Assembly (NCBI GenBank): GCA_963746775.1
Contig: CAVVCK010000002.1
Coordinates: 11,571-75,570 of the forward strand
Length of the DNA stretch: 64,000 nt
Direction of reading: 5' to 3'
Source of the DNA: an uncultured bacterium
GTDB taxonomy: Bacteria; Patescibacteriota; JABMPQ01; CAVVCK01
Of this stretch, positions 1-9,768 are shown piece after piece (the stretch's first letter is position 1; each line of letters opens with the position of its first letter). The position numbers were made by a program, and so were the translations under genes. The notes under the pieces were generated by a model. It ran no database searches. It had not been told where the DNA came from and saw only the letters and a list, made by a program, of their open reading frames with translations.

Positions 1-2
1 AA

Positions 3-272
<270 letters not shown>

Positions 273-329
273 GATGGTATTTAGTATGTAGTATTTTGTA
301 TAAAAAATTGATATAACGAAGATTATAAT

Positions 330-365
330 AAAAAACCAGTCATTATTAATTAAGCTGGTTTTTTT
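330..365. terminator. Bidirectional intrinsic terminator-like hairpin between convergent genes
   Basis: aaaaaaccag...ctggtttttt inverted repeat with A and T tails. Confidence 0.55.
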
Positions 366-390
366 AATACTAAATACTAGATACAATATA

Positions 391-1206
391 CTATTCCGTC
401 GGATATCCTTTTTCCTGCCAATTTTTGAATCCATCTAATAAATTAGTAACTGACAGATAACCTTCTTTAACAAAACTTTCAGTTACTAATTTGCTACGGA
501 AACCTGCTTTATCATATATAATGATTTCCTTCTCTTTAGGTAATTCATCTTTTTTGGATAGTATATTTTCAAATGGCATATAAATTGCTCCTTTGATATG
601 TTCTTTATTAAATTCTTCTTCATCTCTAACATCAATAATTAACATGTCTTCCTGATCATCTAATTTTAGCTTTAATTTATCGGCATCAATATTTTTATAG
701 GTAACATTTTCACCAGCTATAACAGGGTAACCTTTAGCTTCCCAACCTACTACGCCTTCTTTAAATCTTTTAATATCTTTAAAACCGAAACTCATAAGAG
801 ATCTAGCTCCTTGTTTACATGTATCGCAGCTATCAGATATATCTCCGGCAGTAGTAACTATAATTTCTTTGTCTTTAGGAAGTTCTTTATATCTTCTTGC
901 TAATTCTTCTTGAGGTATAGAAATAGAATTAGGTATATGTTTTTTTAAATAATTTTCTACTGTTTGTATATCAACTACAATCATATTTTCATTTTCATCC
1001 ATCTTTTTTTTAAGTTCTTCTGAAGTAATTAAGGGTGGATCTGTAGGATCACTTTCATTATCAATATTTTCATAACTAGTATTATCATTAGATTTATGCC
1101 ATTTTAAACCAAATGATTTATAACCAACAACTACAAAACCCATAATAACCATAGTTACTAAAAAAATTAATATTATATTTTCTTTTTTAAATTTTATTTT
1201 AGACAT
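391..1206 (-). CDS. Membrane-anchored tandem rhodanese-domain protein
   Basis: N-terminal TM helix; two rhodanese repeats (VVDIQ..HIPNSISIP..EGVVGW; IIDVR..HIKGAIYMP..DGFKNW). Confidence 0.85.
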   Translation of the reverse strand: MSKIKFKKENIILIFLVTMVIMGFVVVGYKSFGLKWHKSNDNTSYENIDNESDPTDPPLITSEELKKKMDENENMIVVDIQTVENYLKKHIPNSISIPQEELARRYKELPKDKEIIVTTAGDISDSCDTCKQGARSLMSFGFKDIKRFKEGVVGWEAKGYPVIAGENVTYKNIDADKLKLKLDDQEDMLIIDVRDEEEFNKEHIKGAIYMPFENILSKKDELPKEKEIIIYDKAGFRSKLVTESFVKEGYLSVTNLLDGFKNWQEKGYPTE

Positions 1207-1207
1207 T

Positions 1208-2140
1208 TTATTTTAAAACTTTATTTATTATATCTTTATGTCCTCTTAAAAATTCTTTTCCGGAGACTGTATTTTTTCCTTCTAATTGAACTTTTTCTAA
1301 AATTAAACTATTTTTACCACATTTTACAGCTAAATTTTTACTTTTTGTTTCAAATGGTATACCGGATTCTAATTTTTTATTAATTTCTGAAAATTTTACT
1401 TCAATTATCTTTAACTTTTTGGTTCCAAATTTTGTATACGTTCCAGGCCAAGGATAGAATGCTCTAATTTTTCTTTCTATTTCTATTGCTTCTTTATTCC
1501 AATTTATTTTTCCATCTTCTCTTTTTAATATTTTTGTATAGGTAGTCTTGTTGTGATCTTGCGGAGTATATTTAGATTTTTTATTAAGTATTTTAGGTAA
1601 TGTTTCTATTAGTAAATCAGCACCAAGTATGGATAACTTGTCATGAAGCGATGAAGCGGTGTCATTACTTTCAATTTTAATTGATTTCTGAGAAATAATA
1701 TCACCTTCATCCATTTTCTCATCCATCTCCATCACAGTAATACCAGTTTTCTTATCTCCCTTAAGTATAGCATATTGGATAGGGGAAGCACCACGATATT
1801 TGGGTAATAATGATCCGTGGATATTTATGCAACCAAATTTTGGTATTTTTAAAATATTTTTTGGAATAATTTGGCCGTAGGCGGCGGTAATTATTAGGTC
1901 AGGTTTTAAATCTTTTATTTCTTTGTAAATATTCTTTATTTTTTGAGGCTGAAGTAGAGGAATATTATGTTTTAGGGCTACTTTTTTAACCGGAGAGTGG
2001 GTTATTTCTTGTTTTCGACCTACTTTTTTATCAGGCTGGGTAATGATAGCTATAATGTTGTAGTTTTCTTTTATGAGTTTATTTAGACTGGAGATAGAAA
2101 AGTCAGGAGTGCCTATAAAAATTATTTTATATTTATTCAT
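1208..2140 (-). CDS. fmt: Methionyl-tRNA formyltransferase (start probably ATG 2140)
   Basis: IIFIGTPDF, TQPDKKVGR, INIHGSLLPKYRGASPIQ, MDEGD motifs; follows def. Confidence 0.97.
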   Translation of the reverse strand: MNKYKIIFIGTPDFSISSLNKLIKENYNIIAIITQPDKKVGRKQEITHSPVKKVALKHNIPLLQPQKIKNIYKEIKDLKPDLIITAAYGQIIPKNILKIPKFGCINIHGSLLPKYRGASPIQYAILKGDKKTGITVMEMDEKMDEGDIISQKSIKIESNDTASSLHDKLSILGADLLIETLPKILNKKSKYTPQDHNKTTYTKILKREDGKINWNKEAIEIERKIRAFYPWPGTYTKFGTKKLKIIEVKFSEINKKLESGIPFETKSKNLAVKCGKNSLILEKVQLEGKNTVSGKEFLRGHKDIINKVLK

Positions 2141-2150
2141 TCTAAATTTA

Positions 2151-2589
2151 TTATACAAATTTATCAATAATCAAAATACCATCTAAATGATCAACTTCAT
2201 GTTGTATAACTCTGGCCAATAATCCTTCAGCTTTAAATTTTATTTTATTTCCCTCTGTACTTTGCGCTTTTACTCTTATTTTATGAGGTCTTTCCACTAG
2301 TCCAAATTTACCAGGAAGACTAAGACATCCTTCTTCATCTTCATTTGTTTTTTTAGAAAAAAAAGTGATTTTAGGATTAAATAATATTAAAGGTTCATCT
2401 TTCTGATCAATGGTAATTAATCTTATAGATTTTCCTATTTGAGGAGCAGCTAGACCTATGCCTTTGTTCTTTTTTCATTATTTCTACCATTTCTTGGGCT
2501 AGCTCTTGTATTTTAGTATCCAAAATATTCTCAATTGCTTGAGCTTTTTTTCTTAATATTTTATTGGGGTAGGTTACTATTTTTAGCAT
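2151..2589 (-). pseudogene. def: Peptide deformylase broken by one extra A in an A6 run at ~2470-2475 (real lesion or sequencing error)
   Basis: MLKIVTYPNKILRKKA.. in one frame; GIGLAAPQIG, EGCLSLPG and QHEVDHLDG in the next; span 439 nt = 3n+1. Confidence 0.9.
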
Positions 2590-2597
2590 ATGAATTT

Positions 2598-2701
2598 GTT
2601 CCCTCCTGTAATCAGGAGGAGTGGGGGAGGTTTCGTGGATACACGTAATTGCTATATTCACAAAACCCCTCTTGTATTCTCCCCTGATTACTGGGGAGAA
2701 A
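2598..2701. repeat. REP-like inverted pair of GC-rich hairpins between priA and def
   Basis: ccctcctgtaatcaggagga and tctcccctgattactggggaga are related palindromes in opposite orientation. Confidence 0.65.
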
Positions 2702-2705
2702 TTTT

Positions 2706-4694
2706 TTAAAGCAAACTTTCTGGGTCTATATCTACATTGCAATCTGAGGGTAAAATATTTAGCAATTTATTTCTTTTATCTAAACTAATTTTATCATTCA
2801 GCTTTAATATAATCTGCCAAATAAATTCTCCTCTTTTTTTGGGAATAAATGCCGTTGATGGTCCTAATATAGTAATATTTAATTTATTATCCTGAATATA
2901 TTTACGTATAATTTTAAATATACTTTCAGCTTTTATTTTTGTCTTATTAAAATCTTTATTTTTAAATATTATTTTAATTAATTTAGAAAAAGGGGGATAG
3001 GCAAGGCTTTCTCTCTCTCTAATCTCTTCTTTATAAAAAAGCTTATAATCGTGCTTAGAAGCTGCTTTTAATATTTTATTATCAGGATTATAGGTTTGTA
3101 GTATTACTTTTCCTTGATCAGAGCCTCGTCCTGTTCTGCCTGCTACTTGAGTCACAAGCTGAAAAGTATGCTCAAAGCTTCTAAAATCAGGTAAATTTAG
3201 GCAAGTATCTGCTGAAATAATACCAATTAAATCTATATTTGGCAAGTCAAAGCCTTTAGTAATCATTTGCGTACCTATTAGAACATCATACTTTTTATTT
3301 AGAAAATCATTAAAAGTGTTAAAGTGAGCAAACTTAGTGTTCATAGTGTCTTTATCCATGCGAGCCACCTTTACTCCTGGAAATTGAGCCTTAAATTCAC
3401 TCTCGATACGTTCAGTACCAGCACCAAAATATTTAATATATTGGCTATCACATTTAGGGCATTTTGTACTGATTTTTTCACAATAATTACAGTAATGGCA
3501 GTTTAAGTGATCAGTTTTGTCAAATCCGGAGTGATAGACTAGGGGGACATCACAATGAGGGCATTTTAGGACATAGCCGCAATCACGACACATCACAAAA
3601 GTGGAAGTGCCACGGCGATTAATAAATAAAAGAGATTGTTTTTTATTTTTAAATGTATTTTCTAATTCTTTTACTAAGTTATCACTAAAAATAGAATAGT
3701 TTTTCTTTTTTAATTCTTCTCTCATATCAACTATTTGAACTTTGGGCATATTGTATCCTCCTTGAAATCTTTCCGGCATTTCTAATAATTTAACTTGTTT
3801 AGATTTTGCTAGGTAATATGTTTCTACACTAGGAGTAGCGCTGCCTAATATTACTTGGCAATTGGTTAATTCAGATAGTTTAAAAGCAACCTCTCTAACA
3901 TGATATTGAGGATTTTGATCATATTGTTTATATGATGAATCGTGTTCTTCGTCGATTATAATTAGGCCTAGATTACGAATAGGAGTTAGAATAGCTGATC
4001 TTGGACCAATAATTATTTTTATTTTTTGGTCTCGAATATCTTGCCAAGCTTTATATTTCTCACCAGCAGATAAATTACTATGAAGCAGGGCTATTATTTT
4101 ATGATCAAAACGGGAAGCAACTTTTTGTACCGTTTGGGGAGTAAGAGATATTTCAGGAACTAATAATATAGCTTGTTTTCCCTGATCTAAGGTATCTTTA
4201 ATTAGTTTTAAGTAAATTTCTGTTTTGCCAGAACCAGTAACTCCGTGGATTAAAAATGATTTTTGTTTTGAATTATTAATTGATTTGTAGATTTCATTTT
4301 GTGTTTTGGTAAGTTTAGGAAAAGAGATTTTTTCTTTGGATAATTTGATAGATTCATGTTTTCTGGTGCCAACTCTCTTTGGCAGCATAATTTTTAGAAC
4401 AATACCCAGGGAAGTATAATAATATTTTGAAATAAATTCTGCTAATTTTAGTTGTTCTCTTGATAGAGCAGGATTAATATCAATTATTTCTAAAATATTT
4501 TTTAATTTAAACTTTGGTTTTATTTTTGGAAAATTAAAAATGATACCACTTATTTTTTTATTTCCTAGGGGAATTTTAACTTCTATGCCTTCTTTTATAT
4601 CTTTTTCTAAATCTTTGGGGATGGAATAAGAAAAGTATTGTGGTTTATTGAGAGGGATTTGAGTAGTGGGGATTATATTGGCTATTAAAGACAT
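2706..4694 (-). CDS. priA: Primosomal protein N'
   Basis: GVTGSGKT, DEEH, SATPS, four CxxC zinc motifs, QVAGRTGR. Confidence 0.97.
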   Translation of the reverse strand: MSLIANIIPTTQIPLNKPQYFSYSIPKDLEKDIKEGIEVKIPLGNKKISGIIFNFPKIKPKFKLKNILEIIDINPALSREQLKLAEFISKYYYTSLGIVLKIMLPKRVGTRKHESIKLSKEKISFPKLTKTQNEIYKSINNSKQKSFLIHGVTGSGKTEIYLKLIKDTLDQGKQAILLVPEISLTPQTVQKVASRFDHKIIALLHSNLSAGEKYKAWQDIRDQKIKIIIGPRSAILTPIRNLGLIIIDEEHDSSYKQYDQNPQYHVREVAFKLSELTNCQVILGSATPSVETYYLAKSKQVKLLEMPERFQGGYNMPKVQIVDMREELKKKNYSIFSDNLVKELENTFKNKKQSLLFINRRGTSTFVMCRDCGYVLKCPHCDVPLVYHSGFDKTDHLNCHYCNYCEKISTKCPKCDSQYIKYFGAGTERIESEFKAQFPGVKVARMDKDTMNTKFAHFNTFNDFLNKKYDVLIGTQMITKGFDLPNIDLIGIISADTCLNLPDFRSFEHTFQLVTQVAGRTGRGSDQGKVILQTYNPDNKILKAASKHDYKLFYKEEIRERESLAYPPFSKLIKIIFKNKDFNKTKIKAESIFKIIRKYIQDNKLNITILGPSTAFIPKKRGEFIWQIILKLNDKISLDKRNKLLNILPSDCNVDIDPESLL

Positions 4695-4697
4695 ATA

Positions 4698-5212
4698 TTA
4701 TTTATATTTCTTAGCTTCAAACTTATATATTTGAACATTTTCTATCTCTGGATTAATACCAGCTTTTATATAAACAGCCTCGAGCTGTTTTTTAGTTGTA
4801 TTTAGGCCTTCTAAAGCGGGTAATAAAAGAACAGATTTACCTTTATTGGATTTTACCAAGACCCCATATTTTAGAGGATTAAGTTCAGATATGTCTTGAA
4901 TTAATTTGGGTTCTTCTAAAATATATACTTCATAATATAAACTGTCTAAACCAAATTTTTCCACAGAATTGAATCTATAATCTTCAGTAGCAGCGGCTAT
5001 AGCATTGTGAATAATTTCTTGAGCTATATTTTTCTATTTGGTAGGTAAGTTCCAATACAATCTTTTAGATTACCATTTTCTAAAATAGTAACAAAGGCGC
5101 CTGTTTTTTTAGACAAAAATTCTGAAGGCAAATCTTTGGGTGGCTCTATTATTTTATTTTCTTTTATATAGGTTTCTACGGCTGATTTAGCAAGGGTGGT
5201 GTAAGGATTCAT
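4698..5212 (-). pseudogene. amrA: AMMECR1-domain (AmmeMemoRadiSam protein A) gene broken by a 1-nt deletion near 5030
   Basis: GAFVTI..LKDCIGTYLP in one frame continues as NIAQEIIHNAIAAATEDYRF..LNPLKYGVLV..LLLPALEG in another; span 515 nt = 3n+2. Confidence 0.8.
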
Positions 5213-5498
5213 ATTTTAGAAAGTTATTTTCCCCGACTTTTGCTACGAGGCTGGTATAGTAGTCGAATATTTATATTCTGGCTAAAGCCGAGGAACATTT
5301 ACGTCCGAAACCCTCCAGTAAACTAGGATAGAAGAATTATTTATAATTAAATCTAGATTTTCACCACACTTACTATATTTCCATTATCATCAAACCTTTT
5401 AATTTTAAATTCAATTCTTTTAATCATATATTTTATTGTATTTTATCATTTTTTAAGGTTAAATAAAAGGTATAGTAATTGAAATAAAATAAGTAATT

Positions 5499-6356
5499 AT
5501 GAATGATAAATTAAAAAACAATAAAACAGATATTTTAAGTGTAGGAATAGATACTTTAAGAAAATATCAAGTTATTGGTAAAATTGATCAATTTTTAAAA
5601 TCTACAGGAAAGCATTATATAGTAACGCCTAATCCTGAATTTTTAATGGAAAGCAGGAAAGACAAAAAATTTAAAAATATTTTAAATAAAGCTGACATAG
5701 CTATACCTGATGGGATAGGATTGTTATGGGCCTCGTGTTTTCTCGGATCAAAAAGCAAGTTAATATATGCAAGTGCACTATATTACGGCTTACTTTTAAT
5801 ATTATTTCCAAAAACTTGCCAAAAATTAATTTCTGAAAGAATAACTGGTACAGACTTAATTATGGATATAGCTCAATTATGTGAACAAAATAAGTATTCA
5901 ATATTTTTATTAGGTGCAACGGAGGGTATAAGTGAGGCTTGTGCTCTAAAGTTAAAGAAAAAATACTCTAATTTAAAAATAGCCGGAACATATAGTGGTA
6001 ATCCTAAACAGAAATATGATAAAAAAATAATTAATATTATAAATAAAGTAGAACCTAGTGTATTATTTGTAGCTTACGGTCATCCTAAGCAGGAAAAATG
6101 GATAAGCCGTAATTTAAATAGCCTAGATTCAGTTAAATTGGCTATGGGTGTTGGCGGTGCTTTTGATTTTATATCAGGCAAAATAAAGCGAGCTCCATTA
6201 TTATTTAGAAAAACAGGATTAGAATGGTTTTGGCGAGTTGTTAGGGAACCATGGCGATTTAACAGAATCTTAACTGCTACTTGGCGATTTATGAATGAGG
6301 TGATAAAATATAAACTTAAAGAAATGCGGAAAGACGCGGATAAAAATGCGGATTAA
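5499..6356 (+). CDS. WecB/TagA/CpsF family glycosyltransferase (GT26)
   Basis: VTPNPE, PDGIG, RITGTDL, VAYGHPKQEKW, GVGGAFD, GLEWFWR. Confidence 0.93.
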   Translation: MNDKLKNNKTDILSVGIDTLRKYQVIGKIDQFLKSTGKHYIVTPNPEFLMESRKDKKFKNILNKADIAIPDGIGLLWASCFLGSKSKLIYASALYYGLLLILFPKTCQKLISERITGTDLIMDIAQLCEQNKYSIFLLGATEGISEACALKLKKKYSNLKIAGTYSGNPKQKYDKKIINIINKVEPSVLFVAYGHPKQEKWISRNLNSLDSVKLAMGVGGAFDFISGKIKRAPLLFRKTGLEWFWRVVREPWRFNRILTATWRFMNEVIKYKLKEMRKDADKNAD

Positions 6357-6378
6357 CGCGGATTTAAATAAAAAAATT

Positions 6379-7860
6379 ATGGAAAAAATTCGTACTCGAT
6401 TTGCACCATCTCCGACTGGTGAACCACATATAGGCAATATCAGATCAGCTCTTTTTGCTTGGCTTTTTGCTCGCCATAATGGAGGCAAATTTATATTGCG
6501 TATAGAGGATACTGACAGAGGAAGATTTGTTGAAGGTAGTGTGAATAAAATAAAAGAATGCTTAGAGTTTTTAGGTATGGATTATGATGAAGGAATAGAT
6601 AAAGGTGGTGAATATGGCCCATACTTACAATCAGAAAGGCTAGAAATATATAAGAAATATGTTCAGAAATTAGTTGATGAAGGAAAAGCATATTATTGTT
6701 TTTGTAGTTCCGAAAGATTAAATGAGATGAGAGAAGAACAAAAATCCAAGAATTTAGCTCCAAAATATGATAGAAAATGTTTAAATTTATCAAAGGAAGA
6801 AATTAAAGAGAAATTAGATAATAAAGAACCATATGTTATTAGATTTAAGATTCCTGATGGATATACAGAATTTAAGGATATAATTAGAGGTAGGATTTTT
6901 ATAAAAAATGAAGTATTAGATGATCAAATTATTTTAAAGTCTGATGGATTTCCCACGTATCATTTAGCAGTGGTAGTGGATGATCATTTAATGAAAATAT
7001 CTCATGTTATTCGAGCTGAAGAATGGTTGCCATCTACTCCTAAACATTTATTATTATATAAAGCCTTTGGCTGGAAAGCGCCTCAATTTGCTCATTTACC
7101 AATGATTTTAGGTGATGATAAGAAAAAGTTGAGCAAAAGACATGGTTCAGTTGCTTTCTTGGATTATAAAAAACAAGGTTATTTACCTGAAGCTTTGATT
7201 AATTTTATGGTATTCTTAGGCTGGAATCCTGGAGGTGAAAGGGAAATTTATAGCCTGAGTGAATTAATAAAAGAATTTGATTTAAGTAAGATAAATAAGG
7301 CAGGAGCGATATTTAATATTGAAAAACTTAATAATATTAATGGGCATTATATTAGAGAAATGGAAATAAGCGAATTGGCTAAAAAATGTTTTCCTTATTT
7401 AGAAAATGAATACATAGAAAAAATTGGTAATAGTTTTAAAATAAAAGAAACAGGAGAAGTAATAAATTTAGAATATTTAGAAAAAATTGTATCTCTGGAG
7501 CAAGAAAGGATGAAAAAGTTATCAGAGATAGGGGATTTAACTCATTTTTTCTTTAAAAAAGAGCTTAATTATGATCCTAATTTATTAGTTTGGAAAAAAT
7601 CTTCTCAAGAAGAAACTTTAAAAAATTTAAAATTATTGAAGGAATTTTTAGAAAATTTTGATGATAATGACTGGAATAAAGATAAAATAGAAGAAAAAAC
7701 TATTGTCTGGCTTAAAAAAAATAATTATGGGATAGGGGATTTTCTATGGCCCATGAGAGTAGCTTTATCTGGTGAGAAAAATAGTCCTGGACCATTTGAA
7801 ATAGCCGATGTTTTAGGAAAAGAGAAAACATTATATAGGATTGAAAAAGCTATTATTTGA
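6379..7860 (+). CDS. gltX: Glutamate--tRNA ligase (start probably ATG 6379)
   Basis: RTRFAPSPTG, HIGN (HIGH motif), RIEDTD, KLSKR (KMSKS motif). Confidence 0.97.
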   Translation: MEKIRTRFAPSPTGEPHIGNIRSALFAWLFARHNGGKFILRIEDTDRGRFVEGSVNKIKECLEFLGMDYDEGIDKGGEYGPYLQSERLEIYKKYVQKLVDEGKAYYCFCSSERLNEMREEQKSKNLAPKYDRKCLNLSKEEIKEKLDNKEPYVIRFKIPDGYTEFKDIIRGRIFIKNEVLDDQIILKSDGFPTYHLAVVVDDHLMKISHVIRAEEWLPSTPKHLLLYKAFGWKAPQFAHLPMILGDDKKKLSKRHGSVAFLDYKKQGYLPEALINFMVFLGWNPGGEREIYSLSELIKEFDLSKINKAGAIFNIEKLNNINGHYIREMEISELAKKCFPYLENEYIEKIGNSFKIKETGEVINLEYLEKIVSLEQERMKKLSEIGDLTHFFFKKELNYDPNLLVWKKSSQEETLKNLKLLKEFLENFDDNDWNKDKIEEKTIVWLKKNNYGIGDFLWPMRVALSGEKNSPGPFEIADVLGKEKTLYRIEKAII

Positions 7861-7885
7861 CGCAATATTCAAATTATGCTATAAT
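7857..7885 (+). promoter_or_regulatory. Sigma70-type promoter for the M23 gene
   Basis: TTGACG-17 nt-TATAAT with TG extended -10, 23 nt upstream of the ATG. Confidence 0.7.
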
Positions 7886-7908
7886 GTAATTGAATAAAAT
7901 AAATATTT

Positions 7909-9150
7909 ATGAGTTTTATATTTAAAAATAGAAAAACAAAATATATATTTTTAGGTATTATATTACTGTTGGTTTTTGTACCAGCCTTTTTTATTTTAGC
8001 AGATAATTCTACTCAAGATTTGAATAAAAAAGTAGATAATAAAAAGCAAGAAATTGAAAATTTGGATGATAGAATTAAAAATTTAGAAGATGAAATTGAA
8101 AATAAAAAAGCTGAAAAAGTTAATTTAGAAAATCAACTTAACATACTAGATAATGAAATTTCTAAAACAGAAACTGAGGTTGAGCGAACTGGTAAAAATA
8201 TTGAAAAAGTTAATTTAGAAATAGAAGAAATTAAGCAGGAAATTAAAGAGAAGAAGGCTGAAATTACTAAACAAAAAATTCTTTTATCAGGTTTGATTAG
8301 AGAAATAAATCAAAGTGATAGGGTAAGTTTTTTTGAAATACTTTTCTCATATAATTCATTTTCTGAGTTTTTGGATCAAGCTCAATATTTAGAATCATTA
8401 GAAAAAGAAGGAAAATTGATTTTAGATGAAATTAATAGAATAAAAGATGAACTAGAAAAACAACAGCAAGCGTTAGAAGAGAAAAAAGAAACTCTAACAA
8501 ATTTAAAAACAGAATTAGATAACGAAAAAAAGGTTTTAAATGAAGAAAAAGATGGTAAAGAAAATCTATTATCTGAGACCAATATGCAGGAGGATAAATT
8601 CCAGGATTTATTAGAACAAGCACGATTAGAACAAGAAACAGCAAATTCAGAGATAGCTCGCCTTCAAAGTGAAATTGAAAAAAAGATTAAAGAATCTCAA
8701 AATACTACAGATAATTGGGAAAGTTTAGGAGGTGCTGGTGAACTTGATTGGCCAGTGTATCCTGCTAGAGGTATTTCTGCTTATTTTATGGATCCTGCAT
8801 ATTATAATGCTTTTGGTATAAATCATTATGCTATAGATATACCAACTTCTCAAGGATCAGCAATCCATGCTCCAGCAGATGGCTATATGATAAAGTATAG
8901 AGACGCAGGGATGGGATATAGTTATATAGTTTTATATCATGGCGAGGGGATGACTACGGTTTATGGTCATGTAACAGGTTGTGCGCTTGCCGATGGTCAG
9001 CAGTTTAATCGTGGTGATGTAATAGGTTATTCTGGTGGCGCTCCTGGAACAAAAGGTGCTGGTTGGCTTACAACGGGTTCTCACTTGCACTTTGAAGTAA
9101 GAATAAATGGTAATCCAGTAGATCCACAAAAATATTTAGTATCAATATAA
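7909..9150 (+). CDS. Coiled-coil M23 family peptidase (EnvC/CwlO-like murein hydrolase)
   Basis: N-terminal TM/signal, long coiled coil, HYAID (HxxxD) and HLHFE (HxH). Confidence 0.9.
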   Translation: MSFIFKNRKTKYIFLGIILLLVFVPAFFILADNSTQDLNKKVDNKKQEIENLDDRIKNLEDEIENKKAEKVNLENQLNILDNEISKTETEVERTGKNIEKVNLEIEEIKQEIKEKKAEITKQKILLSGLIREINQSDRVSFFEILFSYNSFSEFLDQAQYLESLEKEGKLILDEINRIKDELEKQQQALEEKKETLTNLKTELDNEKKVLNEEKDGKENLLSETNMQEDKFQDLLEQARLEQETANSEIARLQSEIEKKIKESQNTTDNWESLGGAGELDWPVYPARGISAYFMDPAYYNAFGINHYAIDIPTSQGSAIHAPADGYMIKYRDAGMGYSYIVLYHGEGMTTVYGHVTGCALADGQQFNRGDVIGYSGGAPGTKGAGWLTTGSHLHFEVRINGNPVDPQKYLVSI

Positions 9151-9180
9151 TAGTATAGAGAATCAATAAATATATTTTTA

Positions 9181-9207
9181 ATAAAACCCCCATAATGGGG
9201 GTTTTAT
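9181..9207 (+). terminator. Intrinsic terminator
   Basis: ataaaaccccc-ataat-gggggttttat perfect stem. Confidence 0.85.
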
Positions 9208-9740
9208 ATTACGCAACATATTAATTAGTATGTCAAATTTTCAATATAATATATAAATTAACAAATTAGGTTTCAATTCATGCTTTATTTATATCTACAA
9301 ATAATTTAATTATTAAAATAAAAAATAATTTTGTTTATAAAAATTATTTTAAATTAAAGGAAATTTACTACGTAAATAAAAAATGGTTAACAATAAAAAT
9401 AATTTTTTAAAGTTAATGTAAATATTAAAGAATAAGGTAATAAAGGATAGGTAATTAGCATAATGTTGTTTATATGAACTCATAGGAGGCGATTTGAGGG
9501 GCCTAAAATATGTAAATAGTACAAATCTATATGGTTTATAATGAGAGCTTGATATAAATATATTTTTTAAAATTAATTAAAAAATTAGGTGCTATAGATA
9601 GTAAAAGATGGGTTATTATATAAAATAATAAAAAATAAGTAGTAGAGAATTATAAAATTAGATAAATTTTTAAAAGTAGTAAACTTAACTATTTTTAAAG
9701 CCTACTAAGCACTCCTCTGGCTATGGTTTTTTGACAATGT

Positions 9741-9768
9741 ATGTCGTACAACATACATTGTGCGACTA
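9741..9768. other. dif: dif-like Xer recombination site (putative replication terminus)
   Basis: Minus strand TAGTCGCACAA-TGTATG-TTGTACGACAT, 11-6-11 inverted arms; E. coli dif is GGTGCGCATAA-TGTATA-TTATGTTAAAT; lies in a gene-free gap at an apparent skew switch. Confidence 0.7.

Noticed and set aside
2466-2480. A_AAA_AAG programmed -1 frameshift in def
   Set aside because: The heptamer is not in the X_XXY_YYZ phase, and restoring def needs a +1 shift, not -1.
2407-2742. 111-aa ORF in the track
   Set aside because: Chimeric: an upstream extension across the REP element plus the 5' half of frameshifted def.
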